DNA of 44,588 nt, taken from positions 40,935 through 85,522 of the forward strand of contig RQSC01000010.1 of assembly GCA_013416795.1 (NCBI GenBank), read 5' to 3'. This document shows, piece by piece, positions 1 to 10,694 of the stretch. A program made the translations under genes and the position numbers. Position 1 is the first letter of the stretch, and every line of letters starts with the position of its first letter. The stretch is from Prasinococcaceae sp. CCMP 1430. Taxonomy: Eukaryota > Plantae > Prasinodermophyta. Below the pieces are notes generated by a model. It was not told the DNA's origin and searched no databases. It saw nothing but the letters and a program-made list of their open reading frames with translations.

Positions 1-402
1 TGGCTTAGATCACATATAAAAAAAAAAAGATAAATCGTCAACCATTTCTTATTGAACTACTTTATAAACACAACGGGATAGCCTTAAAGGAAAAATTCTT
101 ATGGTTAAAGAAAAGTCATACTAGCCAAGGTGGTGGTGAAACCTCTTCAATGGGTTTTATCCAGGCGGGCCTAAGGCCTTTTTGGGTTGTGCCTCTTTAT
201 GGTTAGGGAAGGACGTTAGGAAGGTATCAGATTCCATCAACATGGTGGTGATAAAATTTCCTCAATGGGGCGAGAATCCATTGAGTAGTTCCTCCTAGAG
301 AGCTCAGTGCAATGAAAATGGCATGCTGAGTTCGGAGGGGATTGAACAATCTTGACATCTTCGAAGGAGGATGCTATTCTATAGGAGCGTTCAGGCCTCT
401 GT
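1..402 (+). other. 3' part of group II intron of plastid trnA(UGC) (5' end outside window)
   Basis: Domain V hairpin at ~299-337 (GAGCTCAG-TGCAAT-GAAA-ATGGCA-TG-CTGAGTTC) has an AGC triad, GAAA loop and 2-nt bulge. It parallels the land-plant trnA intron domain V (GAGCACAG-TACGAT-GAAA-GTTGTA-AG-CTGTGTTC). The intron ends ...CTCTGT immediately before the tRNA 3' exon. Confidence 0.85.
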
Positions 403-437
403 GGCAGACGTCAGCGGTTCGAGTCCGCTTACCTCCA
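403..437 (+). tRNA. trnA-UGC: tRNA-Ala(UGC) 3' exon, plastid
   Basis: The 35 nt GGCAGACGTCAGCGGTTCGAGTCCGCTTACCTCCA match the length and sequence of plastid trnA exon 2 (T-arm GGTTCGAGTCC). They lie just upstream of 23S, as in the plastid rrn operon. Confidence 0.9.
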
Positions 438-522
438 GGGGAGTATGTATAGGGAGATGGTTGGTTTTGAAAAAAAAATATAGCAGATTGTATCTTTTGG
501 TTTACCATAGTTTATTTTTTAG

Positions 523-991
523 ATGAAAAGAAATACGGGTTCGTGGTGGATACCTAGGCATCTAGAGACGAGGAAGGGCGTGGTTACCGACGAAATGCTT
601 CGGGGAGTTGGAAAGAGGCTGAGATCCGGAGATACCCGAATGGGGGGACCCCCTGTACTTGCTTTTTAGCAAGAGACAACCTGGCGAACTGAAACATCTT
701 AGTAGCCAGAGGAAAAGAAAGCAAAAGCGATTCCCTTAGTAGCGGCGAGCGAAAGGGGAACAGTCTAAACCAGAAAGATTCGTTTTTCTGGGGTTGTGGG
801 ACAGCATTATGAATGAAAACTTGCTAGGTGAAGCAACTGAATATTGCACCATAGATGGTGAAAGTCCAGTAACCGAAAGTGTGTTTTCAATCCAGCTGAA
901 TCCCGAGTAGCATGGGGCACGTGAAATCCCGTGTGAATCCGCGAGGACCACCTCGTAAGACTAAATACTCCTGGGTGACCGATAGCGAAAT

Positions 992-1023
<32 letters not shown>

Positions 1024-2295
1024 ATCGGGGAGTGAAATAGAACATGAAACCGTAAGCTTACAAGCAGTGGGAGGAGGTTTTGATCTCTGACCGCGTGCCT
1101 ATTGAAGAATGAGCCGGCGACTTATAGGCAGTGGCTAGGTTAAGGTACAAAAACCGGAGCCATAGCGAAAGCGAGTCTTAATAGGGCGATGTCACTGTCT
1201 ATAGACCCGAACCCGGGTGATCTAACCATGGCCAGGATGAAGCTTTGGTGAAACTCAGTGGAAGTCCGAACCGACCGATGTTGAAAAATCGGCGGATGAG
1301 TTGTGGTTAGGGGTGAAATGCCAATCGAACTCGGAGCTAGCTGGTTCTCCCCGAAATGCGTTGAGGCGCAGCGGTGGGTTTAGGGCTATCTAGGGGTAAA
1401 GCACTGTTTCGGTGCGGGCTGCGAGAGCGGTACCAAATCGAGACAAACTCTGAATACTAGGTATAGCTACCAACTGACCAGTGAGACGGTGAGGGATAAG
1501 CTTCATTGTCGAAAGGGAAACAGCCCAGGACCACCGGCTAAGGCCCCTCAATGATTCCTAAGTGACGAAGGATGTGAGAGTGCAGAGACAACCAGAAGGT
1601 TTGCCTAGAAGCAGCCACCCTTGAAAGAGTGCGTAATAGCTCACTGATCAAGCGCTCTGGCGCCGAAAATGAAAGGGACTCAAGGAATCTGCCGAAGCCG
1701 TGGCATGTAAATTACATGGGTAGGGGAGCGTTCTGTTTTAGTTAGAAGCGTAAGCGAAAGCATGTGTGGACAAAACAGAAGTGAGAATGTCGGCTTGAGT
1801 AACGCAAACGTGGGTGAGAATCCCATGCCCCGAAAACCTAAGGGTTCCTTCGGAAGGCTCGTCCACGAAGGGTGAGTCAGGGCCTAAGATGATGCCGAAA
1901 GGCGTAGTCGATGGACAACAGGTCAAAATTCCTGTACCTTCTCGGATTGAGAACGAGTGACGAAGAAGGCTCGATCCGCTGGGAGCTGGTTTCTCAGTTC
2001 AAGAGTATAAAAACTCTAGTATAAGTAAGGCTACGGCCTACGGAAGGATTTATGCCATACTTCCAGGAAAAGCTTGTTTCTCGAAAAGATCCGAGAAGCC
2101 TGTACCTAAAACCGACACAGGTAGGTAGGTAGAGAATACCTAGGGGCGCGAGACAACTCTCTCTAAGGAACTCGGCAAAATGGCCCCGTAACTTCGGGAG
2201 AAGGGGTGCCCTTTTTTAAGGGCCACAGTGACCAGGCCCAGGCGACTGTTTACCAAAAACACAGGTCTCCGCTAATTCGTAAGATGATGTATGGG

Positions 2296-2328
<33 letters not shown>

Positions 2329-2360
2329 AAGTTGGTCAGCTGTAAAGCAAAGCTAGCGAC

Positions 2361-2425
<65 letters not shown>
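523..2425 (+). rRNA. rrn23: Plastid 23S (LSU) rRNA, 5' ~1.9 kb, truncated by gap
   Basis: Conserved LSU motifs GGTGGATACCTAGGCA, GAACTGAAACATCTTAGTA, AGTACCGTGAGGGAAAG and GTAACTATAACGGTCCTAAGGTAGCGAAATTCCTTGTCGGGT. The 5' sequence (GAGACGAGGAAGGGCG) is plastid-like. The 5' end is approximate. Confidence 0.95.
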
Positions 2426-2525
2426 NNNNNNNNNNNNNNNNNNNNNNNNNNNNNNNNNNNNNNNNNNNNNNNNNNNNNNNNNNNNNNNNNNNNNNNNNNN
2501 NNNNNNNNNNNNNNNNNNNNNNNNN
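2426..2525. other. Assembly gap of exactly 100 N (conventional unknown-size gap) joining plastid and nuclear DNA
   Basis: N count, with an abrupt composition change on either side. Confidence 0.95.
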
Positions 2526-4199
2526 CTTGGCGTGGCGAGCCGCCATGAGAGCGGCCTCGTTGCACACGTTGGCGATGTCCGCACCCGCGAAGCCAGGGGT
2601 GAGCGCTGCGAGGCGCTCAGAGTAGTAGCTCAAGTCCTTGTCGAGCTTGATCTTCCCGAGGTGCACGCGGAATATCTGTTCGCGGCCACGAATGTCTGGC
2701 CTGTCGACGGTGATCTGCCGGTCAAAGCGGCCGGGCCGCAGGAGCGCGGGATCGAGGATGTCAGCGCGGTTGGTGCCCGCAAGCACCACCACGCCCTCGT
2801 CGGTGCCGAAGCCGTCCATCTCCACCAGCAGCTGGTTGAGTGTGTTCTCGCGCTCGTCGTTCCCTCCCGACATCATGCCGCCGCGGCCGCGCTTACGACC
2901 GATGGCGTCGATCTCGTCGATGAATATGATCGAGCGCTCGTGCTGGCGCGCCTGTGCGAAAAGGTCGCGGACGCGGCTCGGGCCGACGCCCACAAACATC
3001 TCCATGAAGTCCGAGCCCGAAATGCTCAGGAAGGGGACCTCGGCTTCGCCCGCGGTGGCCTTCGCCAGCAGAGTCTTTCCTGTGCCGGGCGGACCCACGA
3101 GCAGCGCGCCGCGCGGTATCTTGGCGCCGAGCTCCTCGAAGCGCGCGGGGTTCTTGAGGAACTCCACAAACTCCATGATCTCCTGCTTGGCCTCGTCGCA
3201 GCCCGCCACGTCCTTGTACATGATCCGATTCTTGGCCGTCGTGTCGAGTTGCGTGACGGTGGCCTTGGTCACGCCGAACATGCCCCCGGGCCCGCGGCCG
3301 CCCCGGCCGCCGCCAAGACCCGTCAACCCCGACCGCATCGAGCTGACGGCGTACATGATGGCCACCATGACGAGGATGGTGGGCATCGCGCGCAGTATCT
3401 CCTTGGCCCATCCCTCGTCGCTCGCGTACGTCACGGGGACATAGTTGGACGGGTCGGTACCGGCGAGCTCCTGCGCGTCCTCCAGCTGCCGCTCGAACGA
3501 GTCCACCGAGCCGATCGAGAAGTAGTACATGAGCTTGGCCGGCTCCCGCACGCCGCTTCGCGAGCCGCCGCCGCTGCCGCCAGCGCTGCTGTTCAGGCCG
3601 TGGCCGTAGTCAACCTCCTCGCGGTGGCGGTCGGACTTGACGTACACGAAGGCCTGCGACTTATTCCGCACCTCGATGCGCTCGACGACGCCGGACGCAA
3701 GCACCTTGGATTTGAACTCCTGGAAGCTCACCTGGCGCACGTCCTCGCCCGCCCCCATCATGTAGTACGCCCCGCCCACGGCACCTAGCGCGAGCGTCCA
3801 ACCCAGCAGGGGCAGCACCTCGGCGCTGCCCTCGAAGAGCAAAAAGCTCTCACCCTTTTTGTTGCCCTTGCCGTTGCCCTTGCCGCCGCCGCCGCCACCG
3901 AACATCGACGCGCCGCCCTTCTTGCTGCCGCCGCTCTCCGCCGACGCCTTGGCGGCGTCGGGGCCCTTCGGCGCGGACGCCTTCTGCACCTGGGCGGCCT
4001 TGTTGCGGAAGTTCGACCATGCCCCGCTCAAGGGCGACTTCTTCGGCTTCTGTCCCTCCGGCTGCGCGCAGAAGCCACGCGGGCGCGCACCTCCCCCGCC
4101 GAGCCTCTGCAGCTGCTGCGTCCGCGCGAACCCCTCCGCGAGCTTCCGCGCGGCCGCTCCGGCGGCCGGCCGGCCCGCGCCCCGCTCCGCCCACCCGCG
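2526..4199 (-). CDS. FTSH: Mitochondrial m-AAA protease FtsH3/10 (AFG3L2-like), partial at both ends
   Basis: Walker A GPPGTGKT, Walker [32 protein letters not shown] and the plant-type [28 protein letters not shown], with two TM segments. The frame stays open upstream of the listed TTG start to the gap at 4200. The M41 domain is missing at the 2426 gap. Confidence 0.93.
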
Positions 4200-4460
4200 N
4201 NNNNNNNNNNNNNNNNNNNNNNNNNNNNNNNNNNNNNNNNNNNNNNNNNNNNNNNNNNNNNNNNNNNNNNNNNNNNNNNNNNNNNNNNNNNNNNNNNNNN
4301 NNNNNNNNNNNNNNNNNNNNNNNNNNNNNNNNNNNNNNNNNNNNNNNNNNNNNNNNNNNNNNNNNNNNNNNNNNNNNNNNNNNNNNNNNNNNNNNNNNNN
4401 NNNNNNNNNNNNNNNNNNNNNNNNNNNNNNNNNNNNNNNNNNNNNNNNNNNNNNNNNNNN
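4200..4460. other. Assembly gap (261 N)
   Basis: Run of N. Confidence 0.95.
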
Positions 4461-4759
4461 GCCGCCGGGCGGACCGGCGGGGCCGCGCGCGTGGCGGAAC
4501 CCCCCGCCCGGCTCCCGAAAAGAAAGGGAGCGACGCCGGCGCGCGGCGTCGCGCCACGTCGGCTGCCATCCGATCCGGCACAGGCTCCGCCCGCCCGCCG
4601 GGCCGGTGGCGCCGCGCGCGCGCGCGTTTTACGGTGGGCGAAATACCAACTTCCGTGTTTTTTTTTTTCCAATGCGGGGTGGTTTGGGAGGGAAGGGAGG
4701 AGGGCGGGGCCATCGTGAGTGAGAGGTGATGGCGATGCGAAGCCGAGCGAAAGGCGAGG

Positions 4760-7251
4760 ATGGAACTCTCCTGCTGCGGCGCCAGGCGCGAACTGCCACA
4801 GCGCGCGAGCGCGCGCCTTCCCCCCCTTCCCCTCCTCCCCTCCCCCCTCGGGCGCGCATGGCGGGGCACGCAGGTGCGGGCGCGCGCGGCGCGGCGCGCG
4901 ATGGGCGTGGGCATTGGCGGTGCCGGTGGGAGTGGCCTGCGCCAGCGCACGCACGCAGTCCGCCGATCCCTGCGCCGATCCCGAGGTGCGCCACGGTCGC
5001 GGCGTGCACCGACTGACGCGTCGACACCACTGCGCCCGCGCCCCGTGTCGCTTGTCCGAAGGGGCGTGGAGCCCTTCCTTAAGGCTGTCGCCGCGAACCT
5101 CATGACGCCCGTGCACGGCTCGACGCTCGGAATCTTCCGCATGGGACTGGCCATCAACATGCTCATCCAAAACGACAAGTTCTCAGACGTGTTCAGGAAC
5201 TTTCAGACGAGCACGTTGGTGCTGCCGTACGCCGGACTGGGCTTCTTCCTGCCGCTGGACAGAGAAAGTGGCGATTGGCTCCTACAGATCAACAGGATCT
5301 CGCTCTACTTCTTGCTCTTCGGGCTCATGACGCGCGGCGCGGCCGTCGTCAATTGGCTGAGCTTCACGTACCTCTTCTCGATTTGCGAGAGCAACCACAA
5401 CAACCACTACATTCTGCTTTGCCACGTGACATTCCTGGTGTGCTTCATCGACATGTCGTGGGGGAGCCTCGACCGGGAGCTCTGGCTGCTGCGGACGCGC
5501 GGCAGGCGGCGACGGAAGCTCGCGGGGGCCACGAAGCTCGTGCGCCCGCCCATGACCGTGCCGCATTGGCACCTGCTGCTCATGCAGCTCATCATGAGCA
5601 TCCCGTACTTCTTCGGCGCCATCGCCAAAATGAACCCCGACTGGGCGCTGCGCTCGCAGCCGCCGATCATGTGGTTCGCGCACAGGAGCCATTGGATATA
5701 CAAGCTGCCGTACTACCCCACCCTTATCGCTCTTGGTGGCATCGGATTCGACCTGACCATCGTGCCCATCCTTTTCTCCAAGTACAGATACGTCGTCGGC
5801 TTCCCGGCGTGCCTCTTCTTCAACGCCATGAACAAGTTCATGTTTAACATCGGCATCTTCCCATACGTGATGGTCTGCTCGTTGGTGCTCTTCATGCCAC
5901 CCGCGTTCTTCGTGGCGCTGCCCAAGATCATCGGCGCGTGTCTTCTGGGAGCTGGCAACGACGTCTGGACACAACAGGTTCCCGATTGGCTCGGCCTGGG
6001 GACGCGCAAGCAGAAGGATGATGACGTGGAGAATGCGCGTGGCAGTGCCACCGTCGGCGACCCTCTCCTCGATGACAACAAGCCTACCAGCGCCTCGGCA
6101 CAAGAGCGCGACGCACGGCCATGGGGGTGGCTCACGCGGAAGAAGCTGTTCGTGCTGATCTTCATGGGCGGCTTCGCCGCTTTTCATGTGGCGTTCCCGC
6201 TGCGTCATTTCGTGCTTTACCACAGCGACCCGAGCTGGACAGAGGAGGGCCACTTCAGCGCTTGGCACATGATGCTGAGGTCGAAGCGCGGGGATGCGTT
6301 CGTGCGCCTCTTCACCGACGAGCAGGAAATGCGCGCGTGCGAGGCCGACGCGGCCGCGTGCCGCGGCGCGGGCGTCGTGGTTCGCATGGAGGATGACGTG
6401 GCCGTCGCCCAAAGGCAGATGCGCAAGATAACCACCAAGCCGCATGCAATGCTGCTGTGGCTCGGTCACTTGAGGAGGGTCCACGAGAAGGCCGGGAAGC
6501 GACTCGTGGGAGCACACGTCGATGACTGCTACTCACTGAACGCGCGGAGGTTGCAGAGGCAGACGATCCCACAAGTGAATTTGATGGATTACGTGGACCA
6601 CTACGAGATCATGGGTGCGTGAGCTCTCGTGCTTTCGACCGCTCGCCCCCGCTCGCGCGACTGTGAGCTCTGCGGCCCGCCTCTATATCTACGAGCCACT
6701 GCCCGCGCCATCCTTTGCTAATCGCCACGTGCACGGCCACTGGCATCTGCCATGCGAGCGGCGCAGTCGCGCCCGGGGCCAGCGCCGCCGCTCTGCCATG
6801 TCTGCTGACACGAAGGTGCCCGCGCGCTCGCTCTGGTCCTGCGGTGCCCTCTCAGGTACGACCGCTATTGGCAAGTGGATGTACCCTGTCAACTCGAACT
6901 GGGGACCCATGAAGCAGGAGTACAAATGCGCCGACGCCCATACCGTAGCGGATGCCAGTCGAGACTACGAGAAGTTGCGCTCTCGCGGATTCTACGAGAA
7001 GCTCTACAGTGTGCGTGGCAAGCGTCGGCGTGCTCGCGGTGGCTGCGCGTCCTTGCGCTGGTGGCTGCGATACTGACGCCGGCGCGCGCGCGCCCGTTTG
7101 ACCCCCGCAGGATGCTGGCATCTCGAGGTTGAAAGCGCCGAACCATCGCGGCGCGGTGTGGAAGGTCGACGGTCCTGACGGGAGGCCGATGGATGCGTAC
7201 GTGTGGGATGCTATCGGAAGGCGCGGGTGGTGGAGCGGGCAGTGGGACTGA
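4760..7251 (+). CDS. Vitamin K-dependent gamma-glutamyl carboxylase-like (HTTM / VKG_Carbox) membrane protein; predicted exons 4760-6614, 6856-7010, 7111-7251; start codon uncertain
   Basis: Motifs LGIFR, NNHYIL, YFFGAIAKMNPDW, GFDL, FNIGIFPYVM and AWHMMLRSK parallel GGCX/HTTM proteins. GT-AG introns keep the frame. The last exon is less certain. Confidence 0.8.
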
Positions 7252-7273
7252 CGTGATTGTTACGATATTTGTC

Positions 7274-10087
7274 TCACGCGGGGATCGAGCGGCCCAGTCG
7301 CTCCTTTGCTGGTGTCGAGAGATGTGCCAAAATCGTGGCCTGGAGGGACTCGATCTCCGTGCTGAGGTCGTCGAAGCGCTCTCGCGCGCGGCGAGCCTTG
7401 CTCATGGACTTGGCCATGGGCGTGGTAGAATGCGGAGTGCCCGGGAGCTGCGGAAGCGGTGGTGGCCTGGGCGTATGCCTAGGGGGTGCTGCTGTCGCAC
7501 CCGCCGCGGGCGCAGCATTCTTGTGTGCGCCCACGGGCGCTTGGGAGGTCCGCGCCGGAAGGGCGCTTGGCAGCGCTGCACATGCAGGCGCGGCGAGCGG
7601 CTTCTGCACGCTGGCAGCCACTGCTTGCTTCAGGGCCCACGTCTTCACCTCTGTCTCGAGGACGCTCACGCGGCCCATGGCGTCCTCGGCGCGAGCTTTC
7701 CACTCGAGCACGGCGGCTGCTGCCTCGTCGGAGGCTGCGCGCGAAGCGTGAGCAGTTTCCTGCCACTGCTCGCAGCGCGCCTCCGCTTCGAGTCGCCTGG
7801 CCTCGCTCTGGTCCAACATCTTGGTCATCGCGGTGTTGTCCGCAGCGCGCCGGCGCACCTCCTCGTCTGCCTTCGACTCGAGGGTGGCGCGGTCGGCGGC
7901 CATGGCCTCCAGGGCGGCGCTCTTTTCAGAGACGAGGCCGCGCAGCGAGGAAGCAATCTCGGCCATGGAGCTCAGCTTGCCCTCGTACTCATCACCCATG
8001 CCTTCGAGATCCGTTGCAGTTTGCATGAGTGCGCTCTCGCACTCGGTGAGCGCGCTGGTGCGCGCCTTGATCTCAGCTTCGAGCTGGGACGCCCGATGCT
8101 CGAGCGAGGAACACGCTCGCTCCTTTTCCGCAGCGGTGCCTTGCGCAGTGCGTAGTGACGCCTCGAGCGCTTGCGTGGCGGCGGCCGCATTCCCGAGCTC
8201 ATCCTTAAGCGCTGTCTCCCTCGACAGGCCCTCCGCCACCGCCACCTCGAGTTGTGCCCCCCTGTCGCGTGCTTCGCCCAGCTGCGTGTGTGCGTCCGCG
8301 AGTGCCGACGTGAGCTCGTGCAGGCGGTCGACGAGCCCAACATTCTCCAGCGCGAGCTCCTCGGCGCGAGCGCCATTTTCCTTCGAGGCCTGGTGCAGCT
8401 CGGAGGCCACAGCAGCAATAGCAGCGCGGCGTACGCGCAAAGTTTCCAGACGCCAACCATTCCAGGCTCTCCGGCGGCCCACAACAAGAGTCCGGCGATT
8501 GCGCCACCCATCGGCACGCGCACATTTGCGCGCGTCATCGCGCTTCTCCTGCAGCGACTGCCTCAGCCACGTCCACCACTCGCCGAAGGCGTGCCGCATA
8601 AATACGCGGCGAGCAAATCCTTCCGAAAGCGCCATCAGCCCAGCCTCGCGTGCTGGCGTGAGCCGCATATCCCTCACGCCTGCCTTGAACCTCGACAGCG
8701 TGCGCGCCGCACGACGCGACCTCCCCATGGACCATGCAGTGTGTAGCTGTCGCCAACACCTGAGCGCAGCCAGGCCACGCCGCTCCTCTCGCTGCTCGCG
8801 CCGCTCGCGCACGAGGCGCTCTCTGCGCACCGCTTCCTTTAGCAACCTCATTGCGCGTGAGCGCAGCTTGCGGTAGGAAAATGTCGAGGCCAACGCCATG
8901 CACTCGCTCTCGTGCGCCATGGCCACGCGCCGTTCCGCCTCCTCCCTCTCCAGCTGTTCCAGGCGGGCCATCGCCGTGGATGCTTTCGCAGCCTCGCTGC
9001 GGAGACGCGCAATCTCCTCCTGCGCACCGAGCAGCGCGACTTCGGATGCTGCTCTCGCCCTCTCCACGGCCATGGCGGCGGTTGCCCGCTCCTCAACGCG
9101 ACCAGCCTCCAATTCGATGCGAGTAGCCTCGAGGGCCGCGCGAGTCGCTTCCAGGTCGGCCCTCGCCGACTCAGCCTCGCGATTGGCTTTCTCCCGCGCT
9201 TCATGTGCCACGGCGATCTCCGACTGCAGGCTCGAGCGTGTTTCAGTTGCCGCAGAGGCTGCGCGGCGCTGTGCGTCCTTGAGCGCCTGCTGTGCTTGCT
9301 CAGCGCGCCGCTCTGAGTCCGCGCGCGCAATGGCGTGTTCCTTCAGAGCTGCCTCGAGTTTCCCGAACTCCTGCTCCGCCGCTGCCAATGAGTCGGTCCG
9401 CAGCCGCTCGACCTCGCGGAGCCTGTCTGAGAGCTGCAGATTCATCTGACGAAGCTCAGCCTCGCCGGCAATGTGCTTCTTCAGCTCAGACTTGAGGGCC
9501 ACGAGCTGTGACGACGCCGGTCGCTGCGGCGGGAGTTGTTCCCGCAGCTGAACGGGCCCGGCCAGCCCCTGTGCCTGTACCGCGCCCGGGTTTGGGGCTC
9601 CCCCGTCAGCCGAACTCGGCGCCGATGCATGAAAGAGCTGCGGAGAAATCACAGGCACCGACAAGTCTACCGCGGCGGCAGCTTGCGCGTGCGCTTCGAG
9701 CTCTGCCTGGGCCGCTTCCGCCGCCCGCTCCAGCGCGGACGCGTCACCACCATCGTCGGTCACCGTGCCCAGCCGCTCCCGGCGCCTGCCCCCAGTGGCC
9801 GCGTCGAGCCCTTGCGCCGCATCGAATGCAAGGAGCGCGCGCAGGCGCTGCGTTGCCTTAGACGTCGCGCGCGGTGACCTCCGCAGGCTCTCTGAGTAAC
9901 TCGTTGCCACGAGCTCAGCGCCGTCTGGCTCGTGTGGCAGCTCCGTGAAGCGATGCTGTGGCGGGTGGCGCTGCGCATCGCGCCCGCGCGCCCCGCTCGA
10001 GGCGGGCCGAGCCTCGCCTCCCGCGCATCCGCCCGTTCCGGCCGTGGTCGCGTCTGTCGCCCTACGCTGCGCCTGGTGGTCCTTCAT
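7274..10087 (-). CDS. Long coiled-coil protein with central SFI1-like Trp repeats
   Basis: 968-codon open frame with A/E/R-rich heptads and a central block of W-ending repeats (LAALRCWR, FMRHAFGEWWTW, RAWNGWR). First in-frame ATG is at 10087. Confidence 0.65.
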   Translation of the reverse strand: MKDHQAQRRATDATTAGTGGCAGGEARPASSGARGRDAQRHPPQHRFTELPHEPDGAELVATSYSESLRRSPRATSKATQRLRALLAFDAAQGLDAATGGRRRERLGTVTDDGGDASALERAAEAAQAELEAHAQAAAAVDLSVPVISPQLFHASAPSSADGGAPNPGAVQAQGLAGPVQLREQLPPQRPASSQLVALKSELKKHIAGEAELRQMNLQLSDRLREVERLRTDSLAAAEQEFGKLEAALKEHAIARADSERRAEQAQQALKDAQRRAASAATETRSSLQSEIAVAHEAREKANREAESARADLEATRAALEATRIELEAGRVEERATAAMAVERARAASEVALLGAQEEIARLRSEAAKASTAMARLEQLEREEAERRVAMAHESECMALASTFSYRKLRSRAMRLLKEAVRRERLVRERREQREERRGLAALRCWRQLHTAWSMGRSRRAARTLSRFKAGVRDMRLTPAREAGLMALSEGFARRVFMRHAFGEWWTWLRQSLQEKRDDARKCARADGWRNRRTLVVGRRRAWNGWRLETLRVRRAAIAAVASELHQASKENGARAEELALENVGLVDRLHELTSALADAHTQLGEARDRGAQLEVAVAEGLSRETALKDELGNAAAATQALEASLRTAQGTAAEKERACSSLEHRASQLEAEIKARTSALTECESALMQTATDLEGMGDEYEGKLSSMAEIASSLRGLVSEKSAALEAMAADRATLESKADEEVRRRAADNTAMTKMLDQSEARRLEAEARCEQWQETAHASRAASDEAAAAVLEWKARAEDAMGRVSVLETEVKTWALKQAVAASVQKPLAAPACAALPSALPARTSQAPVGAHKNAAPAAGATAAPPRHTPRPPPLPQLPGTPHSTTPMAKSMSKARRARERFDDLSTEIESLQATILAHLSTPAKERLGRSIPA

Positions 10088-10694
10088 CACGGACCTGATG
10101 GCCGCGCGGAGGCCATCGCCGAAGCAACCATTCGTAGCGCGCCTCGCCCTCGAGGGTCGCCGCGCCCGCGGCCCGCGCAAGCTCCCTCTCCCCGCAGGCG
10201 GGCGCGCACGCCCACCGCGCGGCCCGCGATCCCCCTGCCGCGCAACGCGGGGAAGAGGCGGCGACGGCAGACGGGTGGGGGGTGGGGGTGGGGGTGAGGG
10301 TGGGGGGGTGTCTGCCGCGCGCTCTCTGGCGCTCGTTCCCCAAACAGCCCTTTCGCACTCCCAACAATTGCCGCTTTCTGCGCTCTTTCAAAATTTCTCG
10401 CGTTCGGGGAACGGGAACGCGAGGAGCCTGCGTGGTGCGGAACAGGGACAGACGCCCGGCCGAGAGCGCCGCCGAGGAGGCGGGGGAGAGGGCCGCTGCC
10501 GAGGCGGCGCTGCGAGAGCAGCTTCGCCGAGCGGCCGAGCGCCACAGCGCGCTCATGGCCGAGCTGGACGCGTGAACTCGCGGGTGGACGCGCAGAGCCA
10601 TGAAGGTGTAAGGTACACATGATGTTGTATGACATATAGTACTATTAGCGCCGATTTTGCCGGCGCACACCAGACGCCGATGCGAGCGGGGGCC

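Noticed and set aside
736-1926. Short minus-strand ORFs at 736-951, 807-1025 and 1738-1926
   Set aside because: They are antisense to 23S rRNA and are the usual spurious rRNA ORFs.
2385-2410. I-CeuI-type homing site in 23S as a possible group I intron position
   Set aside because: The sequence TAACTATAACGGTCCTAAGGTAGCGA is uninterrupted; no intron is present.
2332-2625. ORFs spanning the N gaps (here, at 4200-4460 and at 42821-43583)
   Set aside because: They are open only because N codons contain no stops.
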